DNA of 63,250 nucleotides, the filler included, from Stramenopiles sp. TOSAG23-6 (Eukaryota): assembly GCA_900128565.1 (NCBI GenBank). It is 11 parts of 11 records of this genome, joined end to end, with 100 filler letters (N's around TTAATTAATTAA, not from the genome) between each part and the next. Parts side by side here need not be neighbours in the genome. Positions count along the whole stretch, not along the records: positions 37,355 to 43,476 come from LT636774.1; positions 43,577 to 49,698 come from LT636775.1; positions 49,799 to 55,920 come from LT636776.1; 8 more parts are not named here. One strand, 5' to 3'. This document shows, piece by piece, positions 37,471 to 52,900 of the stretch. Under the pieces are notes generated by a model that was given only the letters and a program-made list of their open reading frames with translations, was not told the origin of the DNA and did no database searches. The translations under genes were made by a program, and so were the position numbers. Numbering within the stretch: the stretch's first letter is position 1; the number at the start of each line of letters is the position of its first letter.

Positions 37471-40400
37471 ACAATTTCATGTATACAACCAACATTAAAC
37501 ACTACTTTCAGTGATATACAATTGGTGAACCGGGTATCCAGACAACCAAAGATTCCAGGACGTCATCGAAAACATGGAACAGATTTGGCAAGAATAATAT
37601 ATGTTTTTTTTTTTTTGCCCGGATACAAAAAAATTTGATGTGAAAAAATGGTATTTATCCCCCGTAGCTGATGATAGAATAGACGATTATCCCCAACAAC
37701 AACAACAACAACAAATGCATGACGTATCATCTATGGATCATGCATCTTTGGGACATCATATTCGAAATACTGATCCATATGCAAATAACTCTAATCGAAA
37801 TGAATTAAATATATCTCAAGGTACGAAATTTGGTATGGATTTGAGTAGTCAAAGATTTGTATCACAACATGTTATGGACCCTAATGGTAGAAAGCGTTCT
37901 AATTCTGATTCATCTAATTCTTATCACGAGTATAAACAACATTGTGAAAATTTAATCACACAAGTTGAACGCCTCGATTCGTATGAGGAAAAAATGTTTG
38001 ATTTTCAAGGTGTTAGAGCTCGTGTACGAAAAGGTGCATATAAAAAACAACATGGATTTACTGATGCTATAAAACGTGTCATAGAAAAAGTACGAAAGAA
38101 AGAAGAAGAGCACCAGAACGAGAAGTTTTTTAGAGCCACTGAAGTGTTGGAGGAATTCAAAAAATTATTAAAGAATTTTCGTAGTGATATGAATCATTTA
38201 AAAAAACAGGGGTATAGTGATCAAATATATCCCATAAGTCAAAAAAAACGTATGAGAATGTATGTTTTATATGAATTTCTAATTTAATTTTTGTTTCACA
38301 CGAAATTTCATACTAAACGATTTTTTTTTTGAAATATTTTTTCACTATATATGACGCATCATGGAGGAGATGTCATTCATGGTACTCATCAATATGGATA
38401 TGAGGATACTCGTAGATGGTCTTCAACAAGCAGTTCGATTAACAATGATGCAATCAGTAATAATTATTGTTATGAAGATGATAGGCATCAGTTTGAAAAT
38501 TCATCAAACATGAATCGATACAATCAAGGAATTCGACCTTCGAGTGGACTTAAAATTAAGATTGATCGTGCTCATGCTACAGACATTATTAACCTACAAC
38601 ACCACCCTTCATCCGCACGTTCAACGAGCAGTCGTCAAAGCTATGTGGATGAGATCCAACAACAGCAGTTCGAACAACAACTACAACAACAACAATTACA
38701 ACAACAACAACAACAACAACAACAACTATTACAACAACAACAACAACAGCAACAACAACAATTCCAGCTTCAGCAACAACAACAACTAAAAGAAAAAATG
38801 CGTAGAGAGCAACAGCGGGTGTTACAACAACATAAACATTCATATGTAAATCAGAGAAAATCGGAGTCTCACAGAAGACCGACTGTTCGCAGTGCTCAAC
38901 AAAACACGAATTCTTCGAATAACTCTAACAAAATGTATCAGAAAGTTCCTGTCGTATTATTACTCGGAGCTCCATGCTGTGGTAAAGGAACACAAGGTAA
39001 AATATTACAAAGTGCTCTGCGGTGGCATTATGTATCATGTGGTGAAGAATTGCGTAAAGCACGAGTCATCAGCGCGAATGCTCATGCGATAAAAAATTTG
39101 GCACGTCTAGAGAATGATCCAAATTCGAAATCAGAAGCTTATGTCTTGCGGTGTCGAATTATTGATGAATTATTAAAGCGTCAATGTCTTCGTGCTTGCT
39201 TAGTAGAAAGTAATTATGCTGGCTTAGTGATTGATGGGTGCCGAACTGTAGAACAAGCGAGGGCAATGGAGCAGACACTATCATGTATCAAAGGTCTCCC
39301 ACCCCTAAAAATTCAGATTGTTGTAACTTTGCATGTACCGAAGGAAATTGTAAAAGAAAGAACATTTGATCGATGGATACATGCTCCAAGTGGTCGTATT
39401 TACAGCAAAACCATACGACCTCCAAAAAACCCTGGGTTTGATGACGTCACCGGTGAACGTCTTACCCAAAGAAGTGACAATGATATGTGGGGAAAAAGAC
39501 ACGATTTTTATATAGAAAAACTTGAAGATGTACAAAATTATTTTGTAAAAAGAGGCGCCTTATTATTAAATGTTGATGCTACATCAACGCCATTGAATGT
39601 TCATTCTAAAGTTACCAATGTAATCAATCTAGGTTTATATAATCGGAAAATAAAACTTTCTCTTCCGGGTGAAGCCGCTTTATGCAGTCGTCCTCGATTG
39701 GCTCATTCATCAGCTTTACCTTCTTGGAACAAAGCTAATGGTGGTGGATGTCTTATTTTATGTCGCAAACCACTTGCTGATTTAATAATTAGAGCTTTAG
39801 CTGAAGTTGATGAAACTCCTTTAAAACTTTCTCAGAATACGAATATACCTACAACAGAAGTGTCAACATCACTTAGGAAAACACTTGCCTGGCCTATTAC
39901 GCAAAATCCTGAGCGACTGCGTGATTTTTTAGTAGATGTTGCTTCTAGTAACAAAAATATTTCTGTTGTGCAACAAACTGTTCAGCTTGGAGAATGTTTA
40001 GGTTTACAATCATTATTACGCGAATCAACTGATATGAGTGCTTATTTTGGTACTGTCACTGGATTAAAAACGTTTGAAAATGGTGTTCAATTTGGAAAAA
40101 TTTCATATAACCCTAACCCAGATGAACCTTTAAATGAACCTTTAAATGAACCTTTAAATGAGCATTTAAATGAGCATTCAGGAATAGTGAAAGAAATAGA
40201 GTTTAGTATGGATGAAGTTCGAACACCTACCATTGATATCACAAAAGATATGGAGGTTTCGTTTAATATTGTATCTAGACAGGGGAAAGATTGGGCTGTT
40301 AACATTGAAATTTGGGATGAAAAAAAAGTGAATATTTTAGATGTTTTAGAAAATGAAAATAATGAAATTTGGAATCTTGAAAAGACGAAAAATACAAAAA

Positions 40401-41584
40401 ATGATACGATGGACAAATTAGATCCTAAAGATTTGGAATCGACGACGGTTACAACAGATAGAAATTTGATTAATTCTGGCCATTCTTTTGATTTGACTAC
40501 GAGACTCTCAGACAAACACGAATTACCAAAGAGTGATACGATGATGGTTAAAAATAATGTAGCTGATGAAACATGTACTCGTAACCCTAACCCTAATGAT
40601 ACAATTGGAGTTGAACAAAGTTCAATTAATACGGAATTAACTACAGAAAATGAAAACCTTTCCGTAGATGGTGAAAATCACAAAAATAATAAGAACAATG
40701 AAACATTGAAATCAGTGATGGATGATTCTAAAACAATAATGAATAAAGAGATAAAAAACAATGAAACACAAAATACTACAAAAACAATGAATGACGATAC
40801 AAATCAAGAAATAACGACTAAAAAATTATTTGAGAATAATGGAAAAGATATCCAACCATCTTCAAATTGTGATGAAAAAACTGGAAAAACTGAAAAATCG
40901 AAAACGAATAAAGAAATATGGTGTGGTTTGCTCACATTTGGATTAAAATTACCTCAAGTTGTTCTCCCCAGTGGTGTCTTTCAAGCCGAAGATTCGGGAC
41001 ATTCTCTAAATTGCGCAGCGCGAGAATTGAAGAAACATCTTGGCATCGTTTTAGAATCAAAAATTTGGACTAGTACGACACAACAATATTTACGACAAAA
41101 ACAATTAAATCCAAAATATGGTACATTAGAGTTATATAGAGATTCGGTTAGTCAACCCAAGCATCGCGTTTATTATATTTTATTACCAGAGGCAAAAGAT
41201 GCTATTGTCAGTGTTTTGTATGATAAAGATGGCCGGCGTATCATTCGAATATCAACAAAACATCCAGCGTCTAGTTCAACAGTTACATCAACAAAAAGTC
41301 GATCAACAATAAAAAAAAATGAAAAACAGCCTAATTGGGTTGTTAAAACTGTGGACGGTGTGCACTTCTTTTATAATATGCATAAAAAAGTATTTGTCTC
41401 TCATACATTACCTCAAGAATGGATAGCAGCAGGATGGCAAATTGCTTGTCAGAGTGCTGGTACAATGTTGTATTGGTTTAATAAAATATCACAAGAGTCT
41501 GAATGGAGAGCAGGCGATAATGCAAAATCACCACCAGGATTTGAACCGCACCCGGATCATAAAGAAGTGAAAATCCCAAATTAA
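37471..41584 (+). CDS. Copy of ADK-like multidomain gene
   Basis: Same translation as 117-4230. Confidence 0.75.
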
Positions 41585-42196
41585 AAAACTTTTCTTAAAT
41601 AGTAGGATTTGAACCGCCGCGTTCATAACAGAATCAGAGGGAAGACATCTAGAGAGTAAGATTTGAATAAATAAGGATAATTTCTCTAGAAAAGTAGGAC
41701 TTATTTTGGTTAGTTGAAGCCCTAATCCTATTTATTATCTCTGTAGGGTGATGTCGTGTTTGGTTTTATTTTGATTGGATTGTTGTCAAATCATATGTGA
41801 AGATGAAACATAATTTTATTCTTGTTTTGCTGGTGTAAAGAGTAAAAGCAGTTGTATGTTTTTATAAATATAGTATTAAGCTATTTCTTGTTTTTCACAT
41901 TTTTTGAATTTTTTGATTACTATTATTTTTTTTTCTAAACAGGGCATTTGTTTTCGCTAAAGTTTCATTATTATTGTAGAGCTTGTATAGGCCCAGTAAG
42001 ACATGAAAAATGTCGGTCATTGTATTGTAAATGATCAACTTTATCATATATCTAGTATTGTTGAAGAAGTACAAGATAAGTGATTTCAACAAATTGCACT
42101 AAAAATGATCATAATGCTAATGTATAAAAATTCGAATATGATGATGGAAAATATATTTGTGTATTACGACTACATTTAATTGAATAATAAAAACAT

Positions 42197-43233
42197 CTAA
42201 ACAATACCGCTCTCACCTGTAGTTAAATTCACATTTTCATATAACCCATTCAAATGTTCATTCATTTTCTCAAGTAACACGAAATCCTGTATTTCTTTTG
42301 GTTTTTCAATTTCTAATTTAATAGCTCCTTTTATATTTCTGTATAAAGCTGCTTTTTGGTATGAGTTTCCTGCTGTTTGTGCTAATAATGCTGTAACTGT
42401 TGTATTCAATCTAAGAAGTTTTTGTATTTCTTTAATTTCTGAATTTAGAATTTGTCTTCTTTCATGAAACCAATTCCAAAAATTTGGACTTTGCACGAAA
42501 TATAGTAAAAGTTGAAACCAAGTTGAATTTCGTCCAGTTCCACAAATAGCCGCAATATTTGGCATTTTCTGTGGATTTATTGTTTTTTTTTTCATATTTG
42601 ATAAAAATAAATCAATTTCAAATTTAGGTATCAGATGTGTAGGATTTTCATACGGTCCAAAACCAGTCGATCCAAACCCTAACCCTAATGATATATTTTT
42701 ACTGACATTTTGGGTATTTGAATGCATTGAAAAAAATGATGCTGAGCTACCAATACCTCCTGGAACGTACATTTTTTTATGTCGTGTTTTTTTGGAAATT
42801 TGAAAAAAGGGTTCAAATGGTAGTAATAATTCTGTAGTTAAATGTCTAAAATGTGATTTTAAAATTTTAGTATTAATCGAACAAAATGGATCTATGGACA
42901 AACCTGTTACAGATTGTACAGTAGTATCTGAATGTATGGATGAGGATGATGACGTATTGCTTCTGGTACTTTTATTATTACTCATACTTATTGGATAGGA
43001 AAATGATGAATTTCTTTGTGATTTTTGTGATGGTATTTTATCTTGTAGATTTCGTGATTGTTTTGAAAATGATGAACTTATTCTTTTCCGTATATTTCGT
43101 GTTGTTGTAGGTTTTTTTAATAATTGTTTCATAATAGTTTTATAAGGTGAAACTACAGGCAAATTACGACATATAAGATATGCTCTATATGAATGTAATT
43201 TATTATCTGATTGTGAACTACCTGCAACAGCCC
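42197..43233 (-). CDS. DENND6: Copy of DENND6-like last exon
   Basis: Same translation as 4843-5879. Confidence 0.65.
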
Positions 43234-43692
43234 AAATAATGTGAAAAAATATGTTCCCATTCAAAATTTGTTACATTCAAGATTTTGAAAGGTTTTGAAA
43301 GGAAAACATGGAAATTGAAAAAATATATACATTTGAACAATACATTTGAACAATATATTTGAACAATACATTTGAACAATATATTTGAACAATAGATTTG
43401 AACAATACATTTGAACAATATATTTGAACAATACATTTGAACAATACATTTGAACAATACATTTGAACAATACATTNNNNNNNNNNNNNNNNNNNNNNNN
43501 NNNNNNNNNNNNNNNNNNNNTTAATTAATTAANNNNNNNNNNNNNNNNNNNNNNNNNNNNNNNNNNNNNNNNNNNNTAACGTATGTTTTATTTTTTTGAA
43601 AATTTGAATTTTTTTTTTTTAGTTTTCATACGAAATTTTGTACCTAACAAAATGTTTTTGATTTTTTTTTGAAATATTTTTCCAAAATACAT

Positions 43693-46600
43693 ACAATTTC
43701 ATGTATACAACCAACATTAAACACTACTTTCAGTGATATACAATTGGTGAACCGGGTATCCAGACAACCAAAGATTCCAGGACGTCATCGAAAACATGGA
43801 ACAGATTTGGCAAGAATAATATATGTTTTTTTTTTTTTGCCCGGATACAAAAAAATTTGATGTGAAAAAATGGTATTTATCCCCCGTAGCTGATGATAGA
43901 ATAGACGATTATCCCCAACAACAACAACAACAACAAATGCATGACGTATCATCTATGGATCATGCATCTTTGGGACATCATATTCGAAATACTGATCCAT
44001 ATGCAAATAACTCTAATCGAAATGAATTAAATATATCTCAAGGTACGAAATTTGGTATGGATTTGAGTAGTCAAAGATTTGTATCACAACATGTTATGGA
44101 CCCTAATGGTAGAAAGCGTTCTAATTCTGATTCATCTAATTCTTATCACGAGTATAAACAACATTGTGAAAATTTAATCACACAAGTTGAACGCCTCGAT
44201 TCGTATGAGGAAAAAATGTTTGATTTTCAAGGTGTTAGAGCTCGTGTACGAAAAGGTGCATATAAAAAACAACATGGATTTACTGATGCTATAAAACGTG
44301 TCATAGAAAAAGTACGAAAGAAAGAAGAAGAGCACCAGAACGAGAAGTTTTTTAGAGCCACTGAAGTGTTGGAGGAATTCAAAAAATTATTAAAGAATTT
44401 TCGTAGTGATATGAATCATTTAAAAAAACAGGGGTATAGTGATCAAATATATCCCATAAGTCAAAAAAAACGTATGAGAATGTATGTTTTATATGAATTT
44501 CTAATTTAATTTTTGTTTCACACGAAATTTCATACTAAACGATTTTTTTTTTGAAATATTTTTTCACTATATATGACGCATCATGGAGGAGATGTCATTC
44601 ATGGTACTCATCAATATGGATATGAGGATACTCGTAGATGGTCTTCAACAAGCAGTTCGATTAACAATGATGCAATCAGTAATAATTATTGTTATGAAGA
44701 TGATAGGCATCAGTTTGAAAATTCATCAAACATGAATCGATACAATCAAGGAATTCGACCTTCGAGTGGACTTAAAATTAAGATTGATCGTGCTCATGCT
44801 ACAGACATTATTAACCTACAACACCACCCTTCATCCGCACGTTCAACGAGCAGTCGTCAAAGCTATGTGGATGAGATCCAACAACAGCAGTTCGAACAAC
44901 AACTACAACAACAACAATTACAACAACAACAACAACAACAACAACAACTATTACAACAACAACAACAACAGCAACAACAACAATTCCAGCTTCAGCAACA
45001 ACAACAACTAAAAGAAAAAATGCGTAGAGAGCAACAGCGGGTGTTACAACAACATAAACATTCATATGTAAATCAGAGAAAATCGGAGTCTCACAGAAGA
45101 CCGACTGTTCGCAGTGCTCAACAAAACACGAATTCTTCGAATAACTCTAACAAAATGTATCAGAAAGTTCCTGTCGTATTATTACTCGGAGCTCCATGCT
45201 GTGGTAAAGGAACACAAGGTAAAATATTACAAAGTGCTCTGCGGTGGCATTATGTATCATGTGGTGAAGAATTGCGTAAAGCACGAGTCATCAGCGCGAA
45301 TGCTCATGCGATAAAAAATTTGGCACGTCTAGAGAATGATCCAAATTCGAAATCAGAAGCTTATGTCTTGCGGTGTCGAATTATTGATGAATTATTAAAG
45401 CGTCAATGTCTTCGTGCTTGCTTAGTAGAAAGTAATTATGCTGGCTTAGTGATTGATGGGTGCCGAACTGTAGAACAAGCGAGGGCAATGGAGCAGACAC
45501 TATCATGTATCAAAGGTCTCCCACCCCTAAAAATTCAGATTGTTGTAACTTTGCATGTACCGAAGGAAATTGTAAAAGAAAGAACATTTGATCGATGGAT
45601 ACATGCTCCAAGTGGTCGTATTTACAGCAAAACCATACGACCTCCAAAAAACCCTGGGTTTGATGACGTCACCGGTGAACGTCTTACCCAAAGAAGTGAC
45701 AATGATATGTGGGGAAAAAGACACGATTTTTATATAGAAAAACTTGAAGATGTACAAAATTATTTTGTAAAAAGAGGCGCCTTATTATTAAATGTTGATG
45801 CTACATCAACGCCATTGAATGTTCATTCTAAAGTTACCAATGTAATCAATCTAGGTTTATATAATCGGAAAATAAAACTTTCTCTTCCGGGTGAAGCCGC
45901 TTTATGCAGTCGTCCTCGATTGGCTCATTCATCAGCTTTACCTTCTTGGAACAAAGCTAATGGTGGTGGATGTCTTATTTTATGTCGCAAACCACTTGCT
46001 GATTTAATAATTAGAGCTTTAGCTGAAGTTGATGAAACTCCTTTAAAACTTTCTCAGAATACGAATATACCTACAACAGAAGTGTCAACATCACTTAGGA
46101 AAACACTTGCCTGGCCTATTACGCAAAATCCTGAGCGACTGCGTGATTTTTTAGTAGATGTTGCTTCTAGTAACAAAAATATTTCTGTTGTGCAACAAAC
46201 TGTTCAGCTTGGAGAATGTTTAGGTTTACAATCATTATTACGCGAATCAACTGATATGAGTGCTTATTTTGGTACTGTCACTGGATTAAAAACGTTTGAA
46301 AATGGTGTTCAATTTGGAAAAATTTCATATAACCCTAACCCAGATGAACCTTTAAATGAACCTTTAAATGAACCTTTAAATGAGCATTTAAATGAGCATT
46401 CAGGAATAGTGAAAGAAATAGAGTTTAGTATGGATGAAGTTCGAACACCTACCATTGATATCACAAAAGATATGGAGGTTTCGTTTAATATTGTATCTAG
46501 ACAGGGGAAAGATTGGGCTGTTAACATTGAAATTTGGGATGAAAAAAAAGTGAATATTTTAGATGTTTTAGAAAATGAAAATAATGAAATTTGGAATCTT

Positions 46601-47806
46601 GAAAAGACGAAAAATACAAAAAATGATACGATGGACAAATTAGATCCTAAAGATTTGGAATCGACGACGGTTACAACAGATAGAAATTTGATTAATTCTG
46701 GCCATTCTTTTGATTTGACTACGAGACTCTCAGACAAACACGAATTACCAAAGAGTGATACGATGATGGTTAAAAATAATGTAGCTGATGAAACATGTAC
46801 TCGTAACCCTAACCCTAATGATACAATTGGAGTTGAACAAAGTTCAATTAATACGGAATTAACTACAGAAAATGAAAACCTTTCCGTAGATGGTGAAAAT
46901 CACAAAAATAATAAGAACAATGAAACATTGAAATCAGTGATGGATGATTCTAAAACAATAATGAATAAAGAGATAAAAAACAATGAAACACAAAATACTA
47001 CAAAAACAATGAATGACGATACAAATCAAGAAATAACGACTAAAAAATTATTTGAGAATAATGGAAAAGATATCCAACCATCTTCAAATTGTGATGAAAA
47101 AACTGGAAAAACTGAAAAATCGAAAACGAATAAAGAAATATGGTGTGGTTTGCTCACATTTGGATTAAAATTACCTCAAGTTGTTCTCCCCAGTGGTGTC
47201 TTTCAAGCCGAAGATTCGGGACATTCTCTAAATTGCGCAGCGCGAGAATTGAAGAAACATCTTGGCATCGTTTTAGAATCAAAAATTTGGACTAGTACGA
47301 CACAACAATATTTACGACAAAAACAATTAAATCCAAAATATGGTACATTAGAGTTATATAGAGATTCGGTTAGTCAACCCAAGCATCGCGTTTATTATAT
47401 TTTATTACCAGAGGCAAAAGATGCTATTGTCAGTGTTTTGTATGATAAAGATGGCCGGCGTATCATTCGAATATCAACAAAACATCCAGCGTCTAGTTCA
47501 ACAGTTACATCAACAAAAAGTCGATCAACAATAAAAAAAAATGAAAAACAGCCTAATTGGGTTGTTAAAACTGTGGACGGTGTGCACTTCTTTTATAATA
47601 TGCATAAAAAAGTATTTGTCTCTCATACATTACCTCAAGAATGGATAGCAGCAGGATGGCAAATTGCTTGTCAGAGTGCTGGTACAATGTTGTATTGGTT
47701 TAATAAAATATCACAAGAGTCTGAATGGAGAGCAGGCGATAATGCAAAATCACCACCAGGATTTGAACCGCACCCGGATCATAAAGAAGTGAAAATCCCA
47801 AATTAA
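43693..47806 (+). CDS. Copy of ADK-like multidomain gene
   Basis: Same translation as 117-4230. Confidence 0.75.
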
Positions 47807-48418
47807 AAAACTTTTCTTAAATAGTAGGATTTGAACCGCCGCGTTCATAACAGAATCAGAGGGAAGACATCTAGAGAGTAAGATTTGAATAAATAAGGAT
47901 AATTTCTCTAGAAAAGTAGGACTTATTTTGGTTAGTTGAAGCCCTAATCCTATTTATTATCTCTGTAGGGTGATGTCGTGTTTGGTTTTATTTTGATTGG
48001 ATTGTTGTCAAATCATATGTGAAGATGAAACATAATTTTATTCTTGTTTTGCTGGTGTAAAGAGTAAAAGCAGTTGTATGTTTTTATAAATATAGTATTA
48101 AGCTATTTCTTGTTTTTCACATTTTTTGAATTTTTTGATTACTATTATTTTTTTTTCTAAACAGGGCATTTGTTTTCGCTAAAGTTTCATTATTATTGTA
48201 GAGCTTGTATAGGCCCAGTAAGACATGAAAAATGTCGGTCATTGTATTGTAAATGATCAACTTTATCATATATCTAGTATTGTTGAAGAAGTACAAGATA
48301 AGTGATTTCAACAAATTGCACTAAAAATGATCATAATGCTAATGTATAAAAATTCGAATATGATGATGGAAAATATATTTGTGTATTACGACTACATTTA
48401 ATTGAATAATAAAAACAT

Positions 48419-49455
48419 CTAAACAATACCGCTCTCACCTGTAGTTAAATTCACATTTTCATATAACCCATTCAAATGTTCATTCATTTTCTCAAGTAAC
48501 ACGAAATCCTGTATTTCTTTTGGTTTTTCAATTTCTAATTTAATAGCTCCTTTTATATTTCTGTATAAAGCTGCTTTTTGGTATGAGTTTCCTGCTGTTT
48601 GTGCTAATAATGCTGTAACTGTTGTATTCAATCTAAGAAGTTTTTGTATTTCTTTAATTTCTGAATTTAGAATTTGTCTTCTTTCATGAAACCAATTCCA
48701 AAAATTTGGACTTTGCACGAAATATAGTAAAAGTTGAAACCAAGTTGAATTTCGTCCAGTTCCACAAATAGCCGCAATATTTGGCATTTTCTGTGGATTT
48801 ATTGTTTTTTTTTTCATATTTGATAAAAATAAATCAATTTCAAATTTAGGTATCAGATGTGTAGGATTTTCATACGGTCCAAAACCAGTCGATCCAAACC
48901 CTAACCCTAATGATATATTTTTACTGACATTTTGGGTATTTGAATGCATTGAAAAAAATGATGCTGAGCTACCAATACCTCCTGGAACGTACATTTTTTT
49001 ATGTCGTGTTTTTTTGGAAATTTGAAAAAAGGGTTCAAATGGTAGTAATAATTCTGTAGTTAAATGTCTAAAATGTGATTTTAAAATTTTAGTATTAATC
49101 GAACAAAATGGATCTATGGACAAACCTGTTACAGATTGTACAGTAGTATCTGAATGTATGGATGAGGATGATGACGTATTGCTTCTGGTACTTTTATTAT
49201 TACTCATACTTATTGGATAGGAAAATGATGAATTTCTTTGTGATTTTTGTGATGGTATTTTATCTTGTAGATTTCGTGATTGTTTTGAAAATGATGAACT
49301 TATTCTTTTCCGTATATTTCGTGTTGTTGTAGGTTTTTTTAATAATTGTTTCATAATAGTTTTATAAGGTGAAACTACAGGCAAATTACGACATATAAGA
49401 TATGCTCTATATGAATGTAATTTATTATCTGATTGTGAACTACCTGCAACAGCCC
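48419..49455 (-). CDS. DENND6: Copy of DENND6-like last exon
   Basis: Same translation as 4843-5879. Confidence 0.65.
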
Positions 49456-49914
49456 AAATAATGTGAAAAAATATGTTCCCATTCAAAATTTGTTACATTC
49501 AAGATTTTGAAAGGTTTTGAAAGGAAAACATGGAAATTGAAAAAATATATACATTTGAACAATACATTTGAACAATATATTTGAACAATACATTTGAACA
49601 ATATATTTGAACAATAGATTTGAACAATACATTTGAACAATATATTTGAACAATACATTTGAACAATACATTTGAACAATACATTTGAACAATACATTNN
49701 NNNNNNNNNNNNNNNNNNNNNNNNNNNNNNNNNNNNNNNNNNTTAATTAATTAANNNNNNNNNNNNNNNNNNNNNNNNNNNNNNNNNNNNNNNNNNNNTA
49801 ACGTATGTTTTATTTTTTTGAAAATTTGAATTTTTTTTTTTTAGTTTTCATACGAAATTTTGTACCTAACAAAATGTTTTTGATTTTTTTTTGAAATATT
49901 TTTCCAAAATACAT

Positions 49915-52900
49915 ACAATTTCATGTATACAACCAACATTAAACACTACTTTCAGTGATATACAATTGGTGAACCGGGTATCCAGACAACCAAAGATTCC
50001 AGGACGTCATCGAAAACATGGAACAGATTTGGCAAGAATAATATATGTTTTTTTTTTTTTGCCCGGATACAAAAAAATTTGATGTGAAAAAATGGTATTT
50101 ATCCCCCGTAGCTGATGATAGAATAGACGATTATCCCCAACAACAACAACAACAACAAATGCATGACGTATCATCTATGGATCATGCATCTTTGGGACAT
50201 CATATTCGAAATACTGATCCATATGCAAATAACTCTAATCGAAATGAATTAAATATATCTCAAGGTACGAAATTTGGTATGGATTTGAGTAGTCAAAGAT
50301 TTGTATCACAACATGTTATGGACCCTAATGGTAGAAAGCGTTCTAATTCTGATTCATCTAATTCTTATCACGAGTATAAACAACATTGTGAAAATTTAAT
50401 CACACAAGTTGAACGCCTCGATTCGTATGAGGAAAAAATGTTTGATTTTCAAGGTGTTAGAGCTCGTGTACGAAAAGGTGCATATAAAAAACAACATGGA
50501 TTTACTGATGCTATAAAACGTGTCATAGAAAAAGTACGAAAGAAAGAAGAAGAGCACCAGAACGAGAAGTTTTTTAGAGCCACTGAAGTGTTGGAGGAAT
50601 TCAAAAAATTATTAAAGAATTTTCGTAGTGATATGAATCATTTAAAAAAACAGGGGTATAGTGATCAAATATATCCCATAAGTCAAAAAAAACGTATGAG
50701 AATGTATGTTTTATATGAATTTCTAATTTAATTTTTGTTTCACACGAAATTTCATACTAAACGATTTTTTTTTTGAAATATTTTTTCACTATATATGACG
50801 CATCATGGAGGAGATGTCATTCATGGTACTCATCAATATGGATATGAGGATACTCGTAGATGGTCTTCAACAAGCAGTTCGATTAACAATGATGCAATCA
50901 GTAATAATTATTGTTATGAAGATGATAGGCATCAGTTTGAAAATTCATCAAACATGAATCGATACAATCAAGGAATTCGACCTTCGAGTGGACTTAAAAT
51001 TAAGATTGATCGTGCTCATGCTACAGACATTATTAACCTACAACACCACCCTTCATCCGCACGTTCAACGAGCAGTCGTCAAAGCTATGTGGATGAGATC
51101 CAACAACAGCAGTTCGAACAACAACTACAACAACAACAATTACAACAACAACAACAACAACAACAACAACTATTACAACAACAACAACAACAGCAACAAC
51201 AACAATTCCAGCTTCAGCAACAACAACAACTAAAAGAAAAAATGCGTAGAGAGCAACAGCGGGTGTTACAACAACATAAACATTCATATGTAAATCAGAG
51301 AAAATCGGAGTCTCACAGAAGACCGACTGTTCGCAGTGCTCAACAAAACACGAATTCTTCGAATAACTCTAACAAAATGTATCAGAAAGTTCCTGTCGTA
51401 TTATTACTCGGAGCTCCATGCTGTGGTAAAGGAACACAAGGTAAAATATTACAAAGTGCTCTGCGGTGGCATTATGTATCATGTGGTGAAGAATTGCGTA
51501 AAGCACGAGTCATCAGCGCGAATGCTCATGCGATAAAAAATTTGGCACGTCTAGAGAATGATCCAAATTCGAAATCAGAAGCTTATGTCTTGCGGTGTCG
51601 AATTATTGATGAATTATTAAAGCGTCAATGTCTTCGTGCTTGCTTAGTAGAAAGTAATTATGCTGGCTTAGTGATTGATGGGTGCCGAACTGTAGAACAA
51701 GCGAGGGCAATGGAGCAGACACTATCATGTATCAAAGGTCTCCCACCCCTAAAAATTCAGATTGTTGTAACTTTGCATGTACCGAAGGAAATTGTAAAAG
51801 AAAGAACATTTGATCGATGGATACATGCTCCAAGTGGTCGTATTTACAGCAAAACCATACGACCTCCAAAAAACCCTGGGTTTGATGACGTCACCGGTGA
51901 ACGTCTTACCCAAAGAAGTGACAATGATATGTGGGGAAAAAGACACGATTTTTATATAGAAAAACTTGAAGATGTACAAAATTATTTTGTAAAAAGAGGC
52001 GCCTTATTATTAAATGTTGATGCTACATCAACGCCATTGAATGTTCATTCTAAAGTTACCAATGTAATCAATCTAGGTTTATATAATCGGAAAATAAAAC
52101 TTTCTCTTCCGGGTGAAGCCGCTTTATGCAGTCGTCCTCGATTGGCTCATTCATCAGCTTTACCTTCTTGGAACAAAGCTAATGGTGGTGGATGTCTTAT
52201 TTTATGTCGCAAACCACTTGCTGATTTAATAATTAGAGCTTTAGCTGAAGTTGATGAAACTCCTTTAAAACTTTCTCAGAATACGAATATACCTACAACA
52301 GAAGTGTCAACATCACTTAGGAAAACACTTGCCTGGCCTATTACGCAAAATCCTGAGCGACTGCGTGATTTTTTAGTAGATGTTGCTTCTAGTAACAAAA
52401 ATATTTCTGTTGTGCAACAAACTGTTCAGCTTGGAGAATGTTTAGGTTTACAATCATTATTACGCGAATCAACTGATATGAGTGCTTATTTTGGTACTGT
52501 CACTGGATTAAAAACGTTTGAAAATGGTGTTCAATTTGGAAAAATTTCATATAACCCTAACCCAGATGAACCTTTAAATGAACCTTTAAATGAACCTTTA
52601 AATGAGCATTTAAATGAGCATTCAGGAATAGTGAAAGAAATAGAGTTTAGTATGGATGAAGTTCGAACACCTACCATTGATATCACAAAAGATATGGAGG
52701 TTTCGTTTAATATTGTATCTAGACAGGGGAAAGATTGGGCTGTTAACATTGAAATTTGGGATGAAAAAAAAGTGAATATTTTAGATGTTTTAGAAAATGA
52801 AAATAATGAAATTTGGAATCTTGAAAAGACGAAAAATACAAAAAATGATACGATGGACAAATTAGATCCTAAAGATTTGGAATCGACGACGGTTACAACA